Shown here piece after piece: positions 63,086 through 64,000 of a stretch of 64,000 bases of DNA. A program made the position numbers and the translations under genes. Source of the DNA: Mobula hypostoma (lineage: Eukaryota); contig NC_086097.1 of assembly GCF_963921235.1 (NCBI RefSeq), positions 225,558,001 through 225,622,000 of the forward strand, written 5' to 3'. Below the pieces are notes generated by a model. That model was not told where the DNA came from. It was given only the letters and a program-made list of their open reading frames with translations, and made no database searches. Numbering within the stretch: the first letter of the stretch is position 1; each line of letters opens with the position of its first letter.

Positions 63086-64000
63086 TTAGTTTATCATCTG
63101 AATTTCATCCTCACTGTCTGCATTCATCAATGGATGGCTGGCAATGGGTCTACATTTTAAAGGGCCAGGCAAAAAACTTCATGGTCAGGTAGTAGAGCTG
63201 CAAGCATTGGACTACTGATTCTACATATAACATAAAACAAGTGTGCTGCAACAAAACCTCAATGGGTATTTTATCCTGTGCTGATTCAAACAGCTTATTT
63301 GGAAGTGACGGCCTTTTATCCCTTGTTTCATCACCCACCTGAACATGGAACGGAGACATTGACCAACTGGCCAATGACATTTCCTGACACTGAAATGCAC
63401 GTCCAATAAACCTGCAAACTAGTGGTTCCCAATGAAAATCAGGCAGCATATGTCACAGCCCAATCCTTTCCACGAACAGTCCATCAATAATTAACTCAGA
63501 GAACTCTAGTGAGCTCTTCAACTTCACTTGGACTGACTTTAACACGTCAAGAAATGAATCCCTAATTCAATTAATAGCTACGGCATTTTTGAGCTTCATT
63601 AGTTGTACCTCATCGAAACATCTCTGATTCGGCATAAAATATGGTTTCATTAGAATAACCTCACTTTGCAGGTGTACGAGAGTTTTGGAAAACTGTTCAA
63701 CAATGAATCTGGCTGTTTATCACTGAAACCAATGCAATTACTCATGCATGTCATAATATTTTGATTAGATTGGCATATAACAAGTAGCAAGATATACTGA
63801 GGAGCTGACATTTCAAGGCACTGAAGAAGCTTAGAAATCCTTTATGGAATTCCAGATGAAGTCCAAAGAAACTCTATGTCACTGATTTCCGTGCATTAGC
63901 TAATTGGTGATGGGGAAGACTGATGAAATTACAGGAGCAGGAGGTATATATTTCACTCCGTTTAAAACAATTGGATGTTATTAATGTAGAACCATGCTTT

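Noticed and set aside
63150..63449. 99-aa ORF in unique sequence as a possible host exon
   Set aside because: No recognisable domain and no convincing splice structure

Overview
Vertebrate, almost certainly cartilaginous-fish (ray/shark-type) intergenic or intronic DNA made mostly of nested retrotransposon debris. No host-gene exon, rRNA, tRNA or CRISPR array could be supported. Contents: many CR1 LINEs (one near full length with an SGNH-esterase ORF1), Rex1/Babar-like LINEs, a young 5'-truncated L1 with a 12-bp TSD, Gypsy solo LTRs and a gag relic, tRNA-type SINEs, an RTE-like fragment family, a hAT MITE, and a Neptune-type Penelope-like element (RT + GIY-YIG). The most notable signal is a Penelope-associated hammerhead ribozyme system. 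It comprises three intact minimal type I hammerheads, three ~130-bp elements that start at a decayed hammerhead, and a TSD-flanked fold-back element whose axis of symmetry sits at the predicted ribozyme cleavage site. Family names come from motif recognition by eye, not database searches, and boundaries of old elements are approximate.
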